In this document: one piece after another, positions 18,079-26,227 of the stretch
Numbering within the stretch: the stretch's first letter is position 1
Layout: each line of letters opens with the position of its first letter
Origin: a virus
Lineage: Duplodnaviria; Heunggongvirae; Uroviricota; Caudoviricetes
IMG/VR virus record: IMGVR_UViG_3300036399_001023
Strand: one strand, 5' to 3'
Length of the DNA: 64,000 bases
Program-made: the position numbers and the translations under genes
Notes under the pieces: generated by a model
Told to the model about the DNA's origin: nothing
The model's input: only the letters and a program-made list of their open reading frames with translations
The model's database searches: none

Positions 18079-18792
18079 TTACCGTGAGAACTGGTGAAAA
18101 GTATTTCGAGTAACGTTGTAAGCGGTTAGGCGACCCTTTGGCTTGGAGTATGCGCATGTGTCAATATTTACGCGTTGCCCCATCACAATCGGGATATAGT
18201 CCTGTGGGGGCTCTTCGAAGTTGGTGGGAGTATGCCCGTGAACAACTTTCTTCAGTCTCGGGTTCCACCCTTCGAATTCCGGCCCATAGGTCAAGAAAGG
18301 TTGACGAATCCATAGCAGTGCCTCCCCCCTTCCATCGACAATGAGCTTTGCAGGGTCGTGACCGGGGTAGATCCCCGCGTGAATGAAGAGAGTGTCCGCA
18401 ATTGTCATGTATAAGGGCAGCTCCCGAATCCACTCCTTATGCTTTCTTTCCATCTCACCCACCTGGTCATAGTTTCCGCCGTTTTGAACCCACAGCACGT
18501 AGCTACTACCGAATGGGTCTTCCAAAGCATCAAGAAACATCCTCTCGTGGTTCCCCATCAGGGCATAAAAGGCTTGAAGCCCCCAACTTTCCGGATCATC
18601 GAGGAGATTTTTCGTATGCTCCAAAACTTTCAGGTCGCCCCTACCACGATCAATCATGTCACCTAAAAGTATGACGGTGGCTTGAGACCCTTTCACCCAA
18701 TTCAGAAATTGTTCGAAAAGAGTCCAGGTCGCGTGAATGTCCCCCAGAGCAACTACGTCCCCCGGCTGTATTTTGTTGTCGTAAGTTATCAT
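18079..18792 (-). CDS. PPP-family metallophosphoesterase (lambda Ser/Thr phosphatase or Pnkp phosphatase-like)
   Basis: GDIHA, GDMIDRG, GNHE motifs; ATG at 18792 lies 4 nt after the stop of the P-loop kinase (listed longer ORF start at 18879 overlaps the kinase). Confidence 0.65.
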   Translation of the reverse strand: MITYDNKIQPGDVVALGDIHATWTLFEQFLNWVKGSQATVILLGDMIDRGRGDLKVLEHTKNLLDDPESWGLQAFYALMGNHERMFLDALEDPFGSSYVLWVQNGGNYDQVGEMERKHKEWIRELPLYMTIADTLFIHAGIYPGHDPAKLIVDGRGEALLWIRQPFLTYGPEFEGWNPRLKKVVHGHTPTNFEEPPQDYIPIVMGQRVNIDTCAYSKPKGRLTAYNVTRNTFHQFSR

Positions 18793-18796
18793 CTTG

Positions 18797-19261
18797 TCAG
18801 TATATAAAGTCAATACGGTGGAAGGGTTCGTTAGTGATATTCTTGATGGAAGCTTGTAAGGAGGCGTGCATGCGCTCAATCACCTCTTCTGGAACTTTAC
18901 GGTCGCGAGAAGCATTCTGGCGTAGGCAAACGGCGAGGGGCTTTTCAATGACTACCGCAGTAACCTTATCGTAACCGTATGAGTTCAGCATAGCAATTGC
19001 TTCCTTGCGGTAAGCTGCCCTGTAATGTGTTCCGTCCATAATCACGGTGCGACCGACACTCTCCTCCAGAATCTCCAGCATACGGTCGTGAATCTCGGTG
19101 TAGTTTCCCTGAATGTCCGCGTTCCCGTAGAGCTCGGCGCGGATTTCATCGCCGGAAAGTACAACGGCATCTGGGTGAAGCTCTAGTAGCTTAGCCACAT
19201 GGGTTGACTTACCGGAGCCGGGGGCACCGACCATCACGTATGCTTCGAGGTTGTTTTCCAT
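18797..19261 (-). CDS. P-loop kinase, polynucleotide-kinase (Pnk kinase-domain)-like
   Basis: AYVMVGAPGSGKSTHVAKLL resembles the T4 Pnk N-terminus IILTIGCPGSGKSTWA. Confidence 0.5.
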   Translation of the reverse strand: MENNLEAYVMVGAPGSGKSTHVAKLLELHPDAVVLSGDEIRAELYGNADIQGNYTEIHDRMLEILEESVGRTVIMDGTHYRAAYRKEAIAMLNSYGYDKVTAVVIEKPLAVCLRQNASRDRKVPEEVIERMHASLQASIKNITNEPFHRIDFIY

Positions 19262-19266
19262 ACTTG

Positions 19267-19330
19267 TATTATACCGTTATTCCTCGTCAGGGCAAGGCGG
19301 GAAACCGCCCAAGGACAAGCGGTTTACCGG
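19267..19330 (-). promoter_or_regulatory. intergenic terminator-promoter cassette
   Basis: tattataccg...cagggcaaggcgggaaaccgccc..cggtttaccggcc. Confidence 0.5.
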
Positions 19331-19336
19331 CCAACT

Positions 19337-19558
19337 TTAGCTTTTGGTCTCAGACCGGAAAAAGTTATACTCTTCAACCCACTCATGAAGAGGGTCCTCA
19401 TTCACAACGTCCCCACTGTTGTTCACATAGTCTTGAACCACCCAGGCAATCTCTCTAAACTCAAGGTCGTTCCAGGGCCATGACGCACCCACTTTGACGC
19501 CAGGGTAGCTCCTAAGCAGATACCTTAGCTTTTCTTTGAGCCTTTCGGAACTTTTCAT
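19337..19558 (-). CDS. hypothetical protein
   Basis: ORF track 73 aa. Confidence 0.3.
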   Translation of the reverse strand: MKSSERLKEKLRYLLRSYPGVKVGASWPWNDLEFREIAWVVQDYVNNSGDVVNEDPLHEWVEEYNFFRSETKS

Positions 19559-20015
19559 TGTTTCTCAAGAGTGTTGCAAGTTTTAAAGCGTACCTGTTCC
19601 CCTGAAAAGGTGCAGGGTTTTTGCCTTGGTCTAAAACCTTTCTCAGCGCCGTGCTCGAACCACTTCGTTCGTTCTCGTGAAAAGAAACACCAAAGAAGTG
19701 AGAAAGTTGCAATCCGAGAGAAGCTTGGTCGGACCCCAGAACGAGAACCACTTCGCTTGGCTTCCTGTTTTTTAGAGCATCTGACAACCCCGCATAGGGA
19801 TCGATGGCCTTTAGAAATGATACCCTACTCAGGTCAATGCTCGCTTGGCGGCACAGCGTCCGCAGAAGTAAAACTCGAAGGTCCCAGTCGTTATTCTGTC
19901 TCCCTAAGGACACATACACTTTAGCGGTCGAACCAAGGGTGAGCAACTTTTTAACTAGCTCAACATGGCCGGGGTGGCCTATGTTAAACCTCCCGAACGT
20001 TACAGCGGTTTTCAC
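19512..20015 (-). CDS. cytidylyltransferase-family nucleotidyltransferase, NMN adenylyltransferase (NadM)-like
   Basis: TFGRFNIGHPGH (HxGH motif) and SSTALR (ISxTxIR motif); assignment to NMNAT rather than PPAT is contextual. Confidence 0.5.
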   Translation of the reverse strand: MKTAVTFGRFNIGHPGHVELVKKLLTLGSTAKVYVSLGRQNNDWDLRVLLLRTLCRQASIDLSRVSFLKAIDPYAGLSDALKNRKPSEVVLVLGSDQASLGLQLSHFFGVSFHENERSGSSTALRKVLDQGKNPAPFQGNRYALKLATLLRNNEKFRKAQRKAKVSA

Positions 20016-20628
20016 AGTTGTTTTGGGTGTCAGTTGTTTTGGGTGTTTTCGGGACCGGTTGCCCTATCAGTTCGAGCAGGGGGGCTTCAGGGTCGTAGTG
20101 CACGTACCCCTTTCGAGAACCTTGCCACATTCGGCTAGGGTCCATGCTATGCTTGTCCGCCACCCCTTTCCCAGCTAACGCGGCAAGTGCTTTGATAAAG
20201 CCATGAGTTTCTTCGTAGGAAACATTTAGATTCACGTCAACTTTCCACAGGAGCCGGTAGGAGCTTTTTCCAAGGTGTTGGCCGTCAGAAAACGTTCGGT
20301 AAGCGAGCCAAGGCTTGTAGCCTAGCTCAGTGTAAAGCTTGACCATTCTCCCAGGGTTAACCTCACACTTGTCAAAATCCACTCCAATGAGAGTTTGCGT
20401 ATGCCAGCACAAACGCTGATACTGAAGCTCCATAAGGTCGAGTCCTTTGAACAGACAACCGTAAAAGGTACATCCTTTCTCGGTAACTAGCTCAAGGAAG
20501 ACCCCGTCACTGAGCGACTCCCAGGGCCTTTGAATCATGTAGTCCCGAAGCTTTCCGTACTCCTGAATTGTTTCAGGTTTTTGTAGGCGCCCTCGGGGGT
20601 CAATTTGGCAGAGAATACTTTTCGGCAC
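19984..20628 (-). CDS. hypothetical protein, weak AEP primase-polymerase-like motifs
   Basis: LIGVDFDK (hhhDhD) and FSDGQHLG (sG.G.H-like); weak. Confidence 0.3.
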   Translation of the reverse strand: MPKSILCQIDPRGRLQKPETIQEYGKLRDYMIQRPWESLSDGVFLELVTEKGCTFYGCLFKGLDLMELQYQRLCWHTQTLIGVDFDKCEVNPGRMVKLYTELGYKPWLAYRTFSDGQHLGKSSYRLLWKVDVNLNVSYEETHGFIKALAALAGKGVADKHSMDPSRMWQGSRKGYVHYDPEAPLLELIGQPVPKTPKTTDTQNNCENRCNVREV

Positions 20629-20647
20629 CTTTAGCTCGTGAAGTTAG

Positions 20648-20935
20648 TCAGTTGAAGATGAATCTTTCGTTATACTCAGCTTTTATGTCCTGAAACTTTG
20701 CCCTAACCTTCCTTTCTAAATCAACTTCCGGCACTCCGTAGATAATTGCAGGCCAAAATAAGTCCGCAATTCTGCCGTCTCCGCCACCATCCCAGTTGTT
20801 AAAGGAATGTTGTGCAACTTGTTCGACGAAAGAATTAAGTGGGAGAAGTTTTGGCATACTAAACTTTGTTGAGGGGGCTAACGAGAAAGAACCAGCAGCC
20901 GTTGGCCATCCAAGAGTGCGTTTCCCTATCGTCAA
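20648..20935 (-). CDS. hypothetical protein
   Basis: ORF track 95 aa. Confidence 0.35.
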   Translation of the reverse strand: MTIGKRTLGWPTAAGSFSLAPSTKFSMPKLLPLNSFVEQVAQHSFNNWDGGGDGRIADLFWPAIIYGVPEVDLERKVRAKFQDIKAEYNERFIFN

Positions 20936-21464
20936 AAACTAGCGCGTCCCCTGGCCTCATCAATGTCATTTTTCCGCCAGCGTAAAATTCGCCTTCAGAT
21001 ATGAGCTGGCTGCAGTAGGGAGCTTCGTCGTCAGGGGTGTGCCCCCCGAGAAAAACCAGGAGAGACAAACCTGACATCTGGTAGTCTTCGTGCGAACCTA
21101 CGGACCCTTTCCCGTACACAACCGTGGCGCCCTCGCGGCGCATATTGTCAGTCGGGGATGGAAACCTGTATTGCTGTTCTGCACGATTTAGAAGCAAAAG
21201 TGCCTCTTGCAAAGTGGAGCGAAGCCAGTCTGGAACTGACCTAGATCCAACATCCCCCAGAGTCCACAACCGTGGGTCGGACCTACTGGTACCCGCTGCG
21301 TCTTCTGACACCGACCGCAGGAGTTTTTCAATAGTGAAGTTAGGGACGGTAACCTTGCCGTCAATTTTGATGGCACGCTTCATACTCGGAGAACTAAGCT
21401 CGCTTACACCCCCATTATAGCTCTTTTGACTGGGGAAGGCAAGGGTGGAAACCGCCCTTTTCAC
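20859..21464 (-). CDS. 2OG-Fe(II) oxygenase, PhyH-like cupin
   Basis: HEDYQ (HxD) ... MRPGDALVFDDRETHSW (G-D-x-L-x-F...H) pattern. Confidence 0.4.
   Translation of the reverse strand: MKRAVSTLAFPSQKSYNGGVSELSSPSMKRAIKIDGKVTVPNFTIEKLLRSVSEDAAGTSRSDPRLWTLGDVGSRSVPDWLRSTLQEALLLLNRAEQQYRFPSPTDNMRREGATVVYGKGSVGSHEDYQMSGLSLLVFLGGHTPDDEAPYCSQLISEGEFYAGGKMTLMRPGDALVFDDRETHSWMANGCWFFLVSPLNKV
21414..21457 (-). promoter_or_regulatory. intergenic cassette (degenerate)
   Basis: attatagctc...ggaaggcaagggtggaaaccgccc. Confidence 0.4.
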
Positions 21465-21667
21465 AGGGTTTTAAGTATAGCCCGCAGAATCTGAGACTCT
21501 TCTTTCTGTAGCTCTAATCTCCTCCGCCTCAGTTTTAGCTTAGTTCGCCTCATCTCCCTAACTCGACTTTCCAAGGAAAGTGCACGCACCTCTGCTAAAG
21601 AGGATGCTTGCCTCAGAGGCAAAAGCCAGTCAGTCTCGTCTAGGAAGGGGGACATTCGTCCAGGCAC
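21461..21667 (-). CDS. small Arg-rich hypothetical protein
   Basis: ORF track 68 aa. Confidence 0.3.
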   Translation of the reverse strand: MPGRMSPFLDETDWLLPLRQASSLAEVRALSLESRVREMRRTKLKLRRRRLELQKEESQILRAILKTL

Positions 21668-21981
21668 AGACCAACGTCAAGGTTAAGCTCGTCAAGAGCA
21701 CTTTGAACTTCCGACCTTCCTGTGTTCTCGTAGACCACACTTCCCTCACTACCCGAGAAACCCTCAACAAATTCGTCAAGGTCGTCTAAGTCAGCGTACT
21801 TTTCAATTAGGTCAGTGTACCCTGCGTTAAGCACGGACTGAAAGAAGCCGTCGTCGTCAAGTTCATCAATTGCCGCTTTTACGGAGAGGGAGTATACGCG
21901 GAGAACTTCGCTTATTGGTGCGTTGTTAATCACTCGTGAAATCACTTCATTCACGAATTCTGGTTTGTCTTTAATTGTCAT
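21640..21981 (-). CDS. hypothetical protein, paralog (C-terminal EVQSALDELNLDVG motif) of 22355..22519
   Basis: shared peptide motif and 17-nt identical DNA block agagcactttgaacttc. Confidence 0.4.
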   Translation of the reverse strand: MTIKDKPEFVNEVISRVINNAPISEVLRVYSLSVKAAIDELDDDGFFQSVLNAGYTDLIEKYADLDDLDEFVEGFSGSEGSVVYENTGRSEVQSALDELNLDVGLCLDECPPS

Positions 21982-21989
21982 TTTGCATG

Positions 21990-22049
21990 TGTATAACGGT
22001 TTCTTTAGCGCCGTTGAACTTCTATGTGTTCAAAGGGGAAACCGTAAAC
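21990..22049 (-). promoter_or_regulatory. degenerate cassette abutting the 3' end of tRNA-Ser
   Basis: gtataacggtttctttagcgccgttgaac...caaaggggaaaccgtaaacg. Confidence 0.3.
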
Positions 22050-22133
22050 GGAAGAGGGGGGATTTGAACCCCCGGAGGTTTAACCCTCTACAGTGTTCGA
22101 AGCTGCTGCTTTCGGCCGCTCAGCCACTCTTCC
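22050..22133 (-). tRNA. tRNA-Ser (anticodon CGA), type II, no encoded CCA
   Basis: hand-folded: acceptor GGAAGAG/CTCTTCC, D-arm GCT-GAGCGGCCGAA-AGC, anticodon loop TTCGAAC, long variable arm, T-arm GGGGG-TTCAAAT-CCCCC. Confidence 0.6.
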
Positions 22134-22223
22134 TTGTCACCGTGGTGGGCCACTCCTGTGTCGTTCACCGGATATGGCCTGTGGGTGTGTTCTTTAACGA
22201 GTTTTCGAGGACTTGAAACTAAG

Positions 22224-22312
22224 TAGGCGTGTAGGGAGTCGAACCCTAACTAGCCGGTAATCTGCCGGAGAGGACTTTATAATGGTCCCTGTGCACCGTA
22301 CACCACACGCCC
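22224..22312 (-). tRNA. atypical type II tRNA, anticodon uncertain (UAU in a 7-nt loop with C.A closing mismatch, or a 9-nt loop CATTATAAA)
   Basis: acceptor GGGCGTG/CACGCCT (G.U first pair), T-arm TAGGG-TTCGACT-CCCTA, long variable hairpin CCGGCAGATTACCGG. Confidence 0.45.
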
Positions 22313-22354
22313 AGGATAGGGAACCACCGTGTGAGGTGGAACCCAAGGTAAAGC

Positions 22355-22519
22355 TCAGACAGAGGGAGTTTGAACTCCGACCGCCAAGTCAAATTCGTCT
22401 AGAGCACTTTGAACTTCAGTGCTGGTGCTTGCCTCGCTGAGTCTTAGGAGGAGCTTTGCGCCGTCGGGGTTTTCGACGCCAATTCGTGCGGCACGATCAA
22501 CTAGAGAAAGATTTGCCAT
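22355..22519 (-). CDS. small hypothetical protein (MANLSLVDRAAR...), paralog of 21640..21981 C-terminus
   Basis: listed 110-aa ORF trimmed because its 5' part overlaps tRNA-Arg. Confidence 0.35.
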   Translation of the reverse strand: MANLSLVDRAARIGVENPDGAKLLLRLSEASTSTEVQSALDEFDLAVGVQTPSV

Positions 22520-22566
22520 TTTGTATTGTTGCTGTTGTTGTTTAGTGTGGCTGCAAAGGCAACCTA

Positions 22567-22638
22567 CGCCCTGAGAGGGATTCGAACCCACGACCGGTGT
22601 CTTAGAAGGACAGTGCTCTTCCACTGAGCTACCAGGGC
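22567..22638 (-). tRNA. tRNA-Arg (anticodon UCU)
   Basis: hand-folded: acceptor GCCCTGG/TCAGGGC, D-arm GCTC-AGTGGAAGA-GAGC, anticodon loop CTTCTAA, T-loop TTCGAAT. Confidence 0.6.
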
Positions 22639-22699
22639 TTTCACGTTTAGAATAGCGTTTCACAAGGGGAGTAAACCTTATCTGCAAGGCACCCTTGAC

Positions 22700-23056
22700 T
22701 TAAGCCCCCTCTCCCGCGTCATTGGACTCCCCTCTCACCCACTCAACCCAGTAGTCTCGCGGGCACCGCATGTTTGCCATGGTTGTCTTAGCGGGAAGAA
22801 AGCATCCGCACTCGTCACAGGTTGAACTTTTTTCTTCAAAGGATCCGCACACATTGCTCTCACAAATTGAGAGTCGGTCCTTTGCCACTTGGCGAGGGGC
22901 AAACGACGGATCTTCCAGCATTCGTTTAGCTGTGTCAATCAATGATGCGCCGAAACTTCTGCGGCAACATTCTGGCTCTTTATTCGTTTGTTCCAACGTT
23001 GCTCTGCGAAAGGTCTGTACAGTGTAATTTACCCGGATCAGTCCGTAAAGGTGCAC
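22700..23056 (-). CDS. Cys-rich (zinc-ribbon-like) hypothetical protein
   Basis: C.NVC...CDECGC...C pattern. Confidence 0.35.
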   Translation of the reverse strand: MHLYGLIRVNYTVQTFRRATLEQTNKEPECCRRSFGASLIDTAKRMLEDPSFAPRQVAKDRLSICESNVCGSFEEKSSTCDECGCFLPAKTTMANMRCPRDYWVEWVRGESNDAGEGA

Positions 23057-23481
23057 AAGACCGAGAGATGCTTGTACAAAATACTCTCATCGAAAAACCG
23101 GTACTCCGACGAAAACTCTTCTCTCTGCTGAAAGTGTTCGAGCTCTTTTAAGGTGGCCCTAACGACCGGGCAGTCTGAAACGTAATCCTTGTACCAGAAA
23201 GTGTTGAACTTTGGAATGTACTTCCACCTATCTCCGTGCGGAATCCAAACTTTTTCAAATTCTATTTCGAATAGCGAGAACGGGTCGTCCCATTCTTCAG
23301 GATTTACGACGCTTAACTGCTGAACGATATCTTTCGTATCGTCGAGAAACCACTGAAAGTGCGTGCTGTTGGGGGATACTTTCCATGTTAGGTTGACAAT
23401 AAGATAGGGGATGTCGGGAAAGTCCCCTGACTGCACCGAAACCTTCTCGGCCACCCTTAAGCTAGTGATTGCCGTTTTCAT
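23038..23481 (-). CDS. hypothetical protein
   Basis: ORF track 147 aa. Confidence 0.4.
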   Translation of the reverse strand: MKTAITSLRVAEKVSVQSGDFPDIPYLIVNLTWKVSPNSTHFQWFLDDTKDIVQQLSVVNPEEWDDPFSLFEIEFEKVWIPHGDRWKYIPKFNTFWYKDYVSDCPVVRATLKELEHFQQREEFSSEYRFFDESILYKHLSVLCTFTD

Positions 23482-23756
23482 CTTCCTCCGAAATGTTTGA
23501 AACTTCCGGGGTTCCCCTCAAAAGAAGCGTCTCAAAGAATTCGACCACGTCTATGCGATTAGTCGTATCAACTCCCGCCGTGCGACAGAACTCGATCGCT
23601 TCGTACTCAAAGGGGAAGAACGGGTTGGACAAGCCGAAAGATTTAAGTCTCTGCAGGAAACAGTCTCGGATTGCGCCATAAAGGGGTGGGAAATCGGACT
23701 CGTTAAGTTCGACGGTGCGTTCAACTTTCGACGGTGCGTTATACGTGATTTTCATA
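23462..23756 (-). CDS. hypothetical protein (MKITYNAPSK...; listed 212-aa ORF trimmed)
   Basis: ATG at 23756..23754 one nt after the TAG of the upstream paralog gene. Confidence 0.35.
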
Positions 23757-24377
23757 CTACTCAGTGGGGTGTACTGAATGGGAATTACGTTCAATAACTT
23801 GTTCCAGGAAAACAAGTGCTTGTTCGTCAGTGTCGAAGAAGTGGCCTGCTGCATTCGATCCGAGAAGCACCTCTCCCGCTTCTTTAGGTGTGAGAGTAAA
23901 AGCACCAACCCCTCCCATAACCTGCGCGAAGCCCGCCAGACAGTGAGTGGTCCCGCACGTGTGAAAACCTGCTTCGTTCGATGGTTCCTTCCAGAAGGAC
24001 CAATCTTCGTAAGTTGTTCTGTCAGTGTCAAACCAGAGCTTGTGCCACCTCTCCATGTGGAGGTTTTTCCGGTCGCGCTCAACAATCCATAGTGCGACAT
24101 GGAGGAGATTGGCTTCCTGTTGGTCGGGTGTCAACCCTCCCAATTCTTCTACGTTTCTGTACTGGCACTCATCTAAGGCGTCAAGGGCGAGTAGGAAATT
24201 CGCCGGGATATGAGGGAGCGGAGGGAGCCCTTGTGATGTGCACATCCGGTGAGCAACCCGAGTGGCTTCAGCTGGCGTCAGTGCTTCGGTGCAAGTTGCT
24301 GTGGTCATTGTTTCGTTCGAAAATACAATAGTTTGTTTGGAAAAGGTGAACGGTGCGGGGTTTTCCTCGCCCAGCAA
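23757..24377 (-). CDS. hypothetical protein, paralog family A (MTTAT...LPPLPHIP...QQEANLLHVALWIVERD...HCLAGFAQVM)
   Basis: three paralogs in the window: 23757..24377, 44183..44668, 45051..45386. Confidence 0.45.
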   Translation of the reverse strand: MLGEENPAPFTFSKQTIVFSNETMTTATCTEALTPAEATRVAHRMCTSQGLPPLPHIPANFLLALDALDECQYRNVEELGGLTPDQQEANLLHVALWIVERDRKNLHMERWHKLWFDTDRTTYEDWSFWKEPSNEAGFHTCGTTHCLAGFAQVMGGVGAFTLTPKEAGEVLLGSNAAGHFFDTDEQALVFLEQVIERNSHSVHPTE

Positions 24378-24379
24378 AC

Positions 24380-24670
24380 CTAGGGGAAAGGCTTACGCGT
24401 TACAAAGTAAGTTGAGACCCCTTGGTCGTTGCAAATGTGGAGACTTAGGGTCCTCTCGGTTATGTACGGGTCTGCACGAACTGAGTTACTCACCAGCTTG
24501 CACTTTTCGGCTAAAACCTTCGCTTCTTCCCTCTCAATCTCAGCGTTGTGCTCTTCCGCTCTTCGGTAGCTCAAGTTAATTACCGCCACCACTAGAACTG
24601 CTAGCCCTAGCGCAGTGACAATAGTCACTAAGCCAAGGATACCGCCAACATACGGGTTCTCAGTTTTCAT
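24380..24670 (-). CDS. single-pass membrane protein
   Basis: hydrophobic stretch GGILGLVTIVTALGLAVLVVAVI. Confidence 0.4.
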   Translation of the reverse strand: MKTENPYVGGILGLVTIVTALGLAVLVVAVINLSYRRAEEHNAEIEREEAKVLAEKCKLVSNSVRADPYITERTLSLHICNDQGVSTYFVTRKPFP

Positions 24671-24897
24671 ACTTCGTGAAATACCACTTCTGTTAACTCT
24701 AAGGACTGAAAATGATCGCGCAGCGCCGTTAGCGCTTCTTGCTTTGTATTAAAGAAAACGTCCGGGCCTGGGCAACCGTCTACGCCTTCATTAAAGAAGG
24801 TAAGGAACCACCACCATAAGAACTTGTGTTCGCAGTAGAACCGGCTAATCCTTTCACCGTTTTCGGTACGGATTTCTTCTCGAATGCGGTACTTCAT
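24667..24897 (-). CDS. hypothetical protein (start moved to MKYRIREE; listed N-terminus runs through cassette)
   Basis: ORF track 105 aa trimmed. Confidence 0.35.
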   Translation of the reverse strand: MKYRIREEIRTENGERISRFYCEHKFLWWWFLTFFNEGVDGCPGPDVFFNTKQEALTALRDHFQSLELTEVVFHEV

Positions 24898-24934
24898 TGG
24901 GGTTGAGGGTCGGGGGGGATTGAGGGCTAGCCAA

Positions 24935-24982
24935 CTAACTTTAGCGTGTTCACGGCAAGGGAGAGGGGGCGGAAAACCGCCC
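24935..24982 (-). promoter_or_regulatory. intergenic cassette variant
   Basis: ctaactttagcg...ggcaagggagagggggcggaaaaccgccc. Confidence 0.4.
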
Positions 24983-25035
24983 ATTCCCCTTGGTAAGATC
25001 TTGGGAGCGGGACCCTTGGGCCCGGTGCCCTAGGG

Positions 25036-25863
25036 CTAGACAGTAGCCATTTCAAGGGCTACTTCCATGGCCCGCTGGTTGATGGTTGCGCCTTGACCGA
25101 AGTTTGCGTAACCGAAGCGTCCGGTCTCGCTCTTTCGACTACGATTGGAACTAAAGTCCGTAACCGCATTCATGGCATCGTAAAAGGTGCGACCTTCGTT
25201 ACCAGCGCCGTTGTAAAACAAGTCGTTGAGAACGTTGACATTGCGCATTTTGTCCGCTTCTTTCTTGTAAGTCGCCTCAAGGAAGGCACGGAATTGGGTT
25301 GAAGTGCAAGTTTCCGAGGCGATGACTTCAACGCTTTCAGAATACTTCTTCATGGCGCTATTCACAAAGTCAAGCACTGCGGTGCTCTCAAGAATGCGCT
25401 CGTTCACTCCGGAAGAGTGGCGGAATTTTTCTCCGATGTTAGAGTAAGCCATCGAAAAAGTGTTGCCGCAAATTACGCGAGTGGCAACCGGACCGATGGC
25501 CACGGAGGCGTTTCCCGTGTGCCCATTCAGAAGAGTAATGTAGGCGTTGTAGTCCTCGCCAACTACACGAAACTCCTGGTTGATTTTCGCCTGTGCAAAC
25601 ACCTTGGCCCCGTGAGCCAAGTATCCCATGTTTTCCACTACCAGAAGCCCCTCTTCAACCATAGGGTTGATCATCTGGAGAAGCTGGGCATTTTGCACCA
25701 CCTCGTACCCGGTGGAAACATATCCGAGGCGTTCGTCGGTGTCGTCTCGGTGTATCGCTTTGCGGTCTGGGTCCGCAACCCAGACTCCCTGGGAGTTAAG
25801 CGATGCCGTGGGCCTTGGGGAGACGGTCCAGTTAAGGTCGTTGGTGATGGCGAAAGCGGGCAT
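25036..25863 (-). CDS. DUF932-like phage/ICE-associated protein
   Basis: LLNGHTGNASVAIGPVATRVICGNT resembles the DUF932 core. Confidence 0.45.
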   Translation of the reverse strand: MPAFAITNDLNWTVSPRPTASLNSQGVWVADPDRKAIHRDDTDERLGYVSTGYEVVQNAQLLQMINPMVEEGLLVVENMGYLAHGAKVFAQAKINQEFRVVGEDYNAYITLLNGHTGNASVAIGPVATRVICGNTFSMAYSNIGEKFRHSSGVNERILESTAVLDFVNSAMKKYSESVEVIASETCTSTQFRAFLEATYKKEADKMRNVNVLNDLFYNGAGNEGRTFYDAMNAVTDFSSNRSRKSETGRFGYANFGQGATINQRAMEVALEMATV

Positions 25864-25882
25864 GGTTTGTGAGGGGTTGCTT

Positions 25883-25938
25883 GGACTGAAATAACTATAC
25901 CGCTTTCCTGTCGGAAAGGAAAGGGGGGTAAACCGCCC
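25883..25938 (-). promoter_or_regulatory. cassette, subfamily with GGACTGAA leader
   Basis: ggactgaaataactataccg-ctttcctgtcggaaagg-aaaggggggtaaaccgccc. Confidence 0.5.
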
Positions 25939-26227
25939 TTCCTCTGGAGCTAAGACCCGAACCTCAGTCTCTTTCCCACAATTGAGAGCACCGTTGACTA
26001 CATTTCACCGGTCTGAGCGGGTAGCTCATTTTGGTTTTGAACGCATTTCTTTGTACTTCTTCTGCGTTCCTACCTGTAATCACTACTTGGGTCTTGCACA
26101 ATGCCTCGTTGCCAGATAAAGCGGTGCAAAGCGCCAAGATCGCAATTGAAACTCTGTTCATTGTTCGTGTGAAAGTGGAAGCGGTGGGACTCGAACCTGA
26201 AACCGAGCCTTAGACCTCCGAAGTACC

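Noticed and set aside
18792-18879. 83-nt overlap between the kinase and phosphatase ORFs as a possible programmed frameshift fusing a Pnkp
   Set aside because: An in-frame ATG at 18792 lies 4 nt after the kinase stop and precedes the first conserved phosphatase motif, so two separate coupled genes is the simpler reading. A fusion cannot be excluded without proteomics.
22355-22687. 110-aa ORF from the ORF track
   Set aside because: Its 5' half lies over the well-folded tRNA-Arg (22567..22638) and is poly-Gln/low complexity. Trimmed to the Met at 22519.
23462-24100. 212-aa ORF overlapping the paralog-family gene 23757..24377 by 343 nt in another frame
   Set aside because: The overlapping part has no support. 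The downstream part starts with its own ATG 1 nt after the TAG of the upstream gene, so it was trimmed to 23462..23756.
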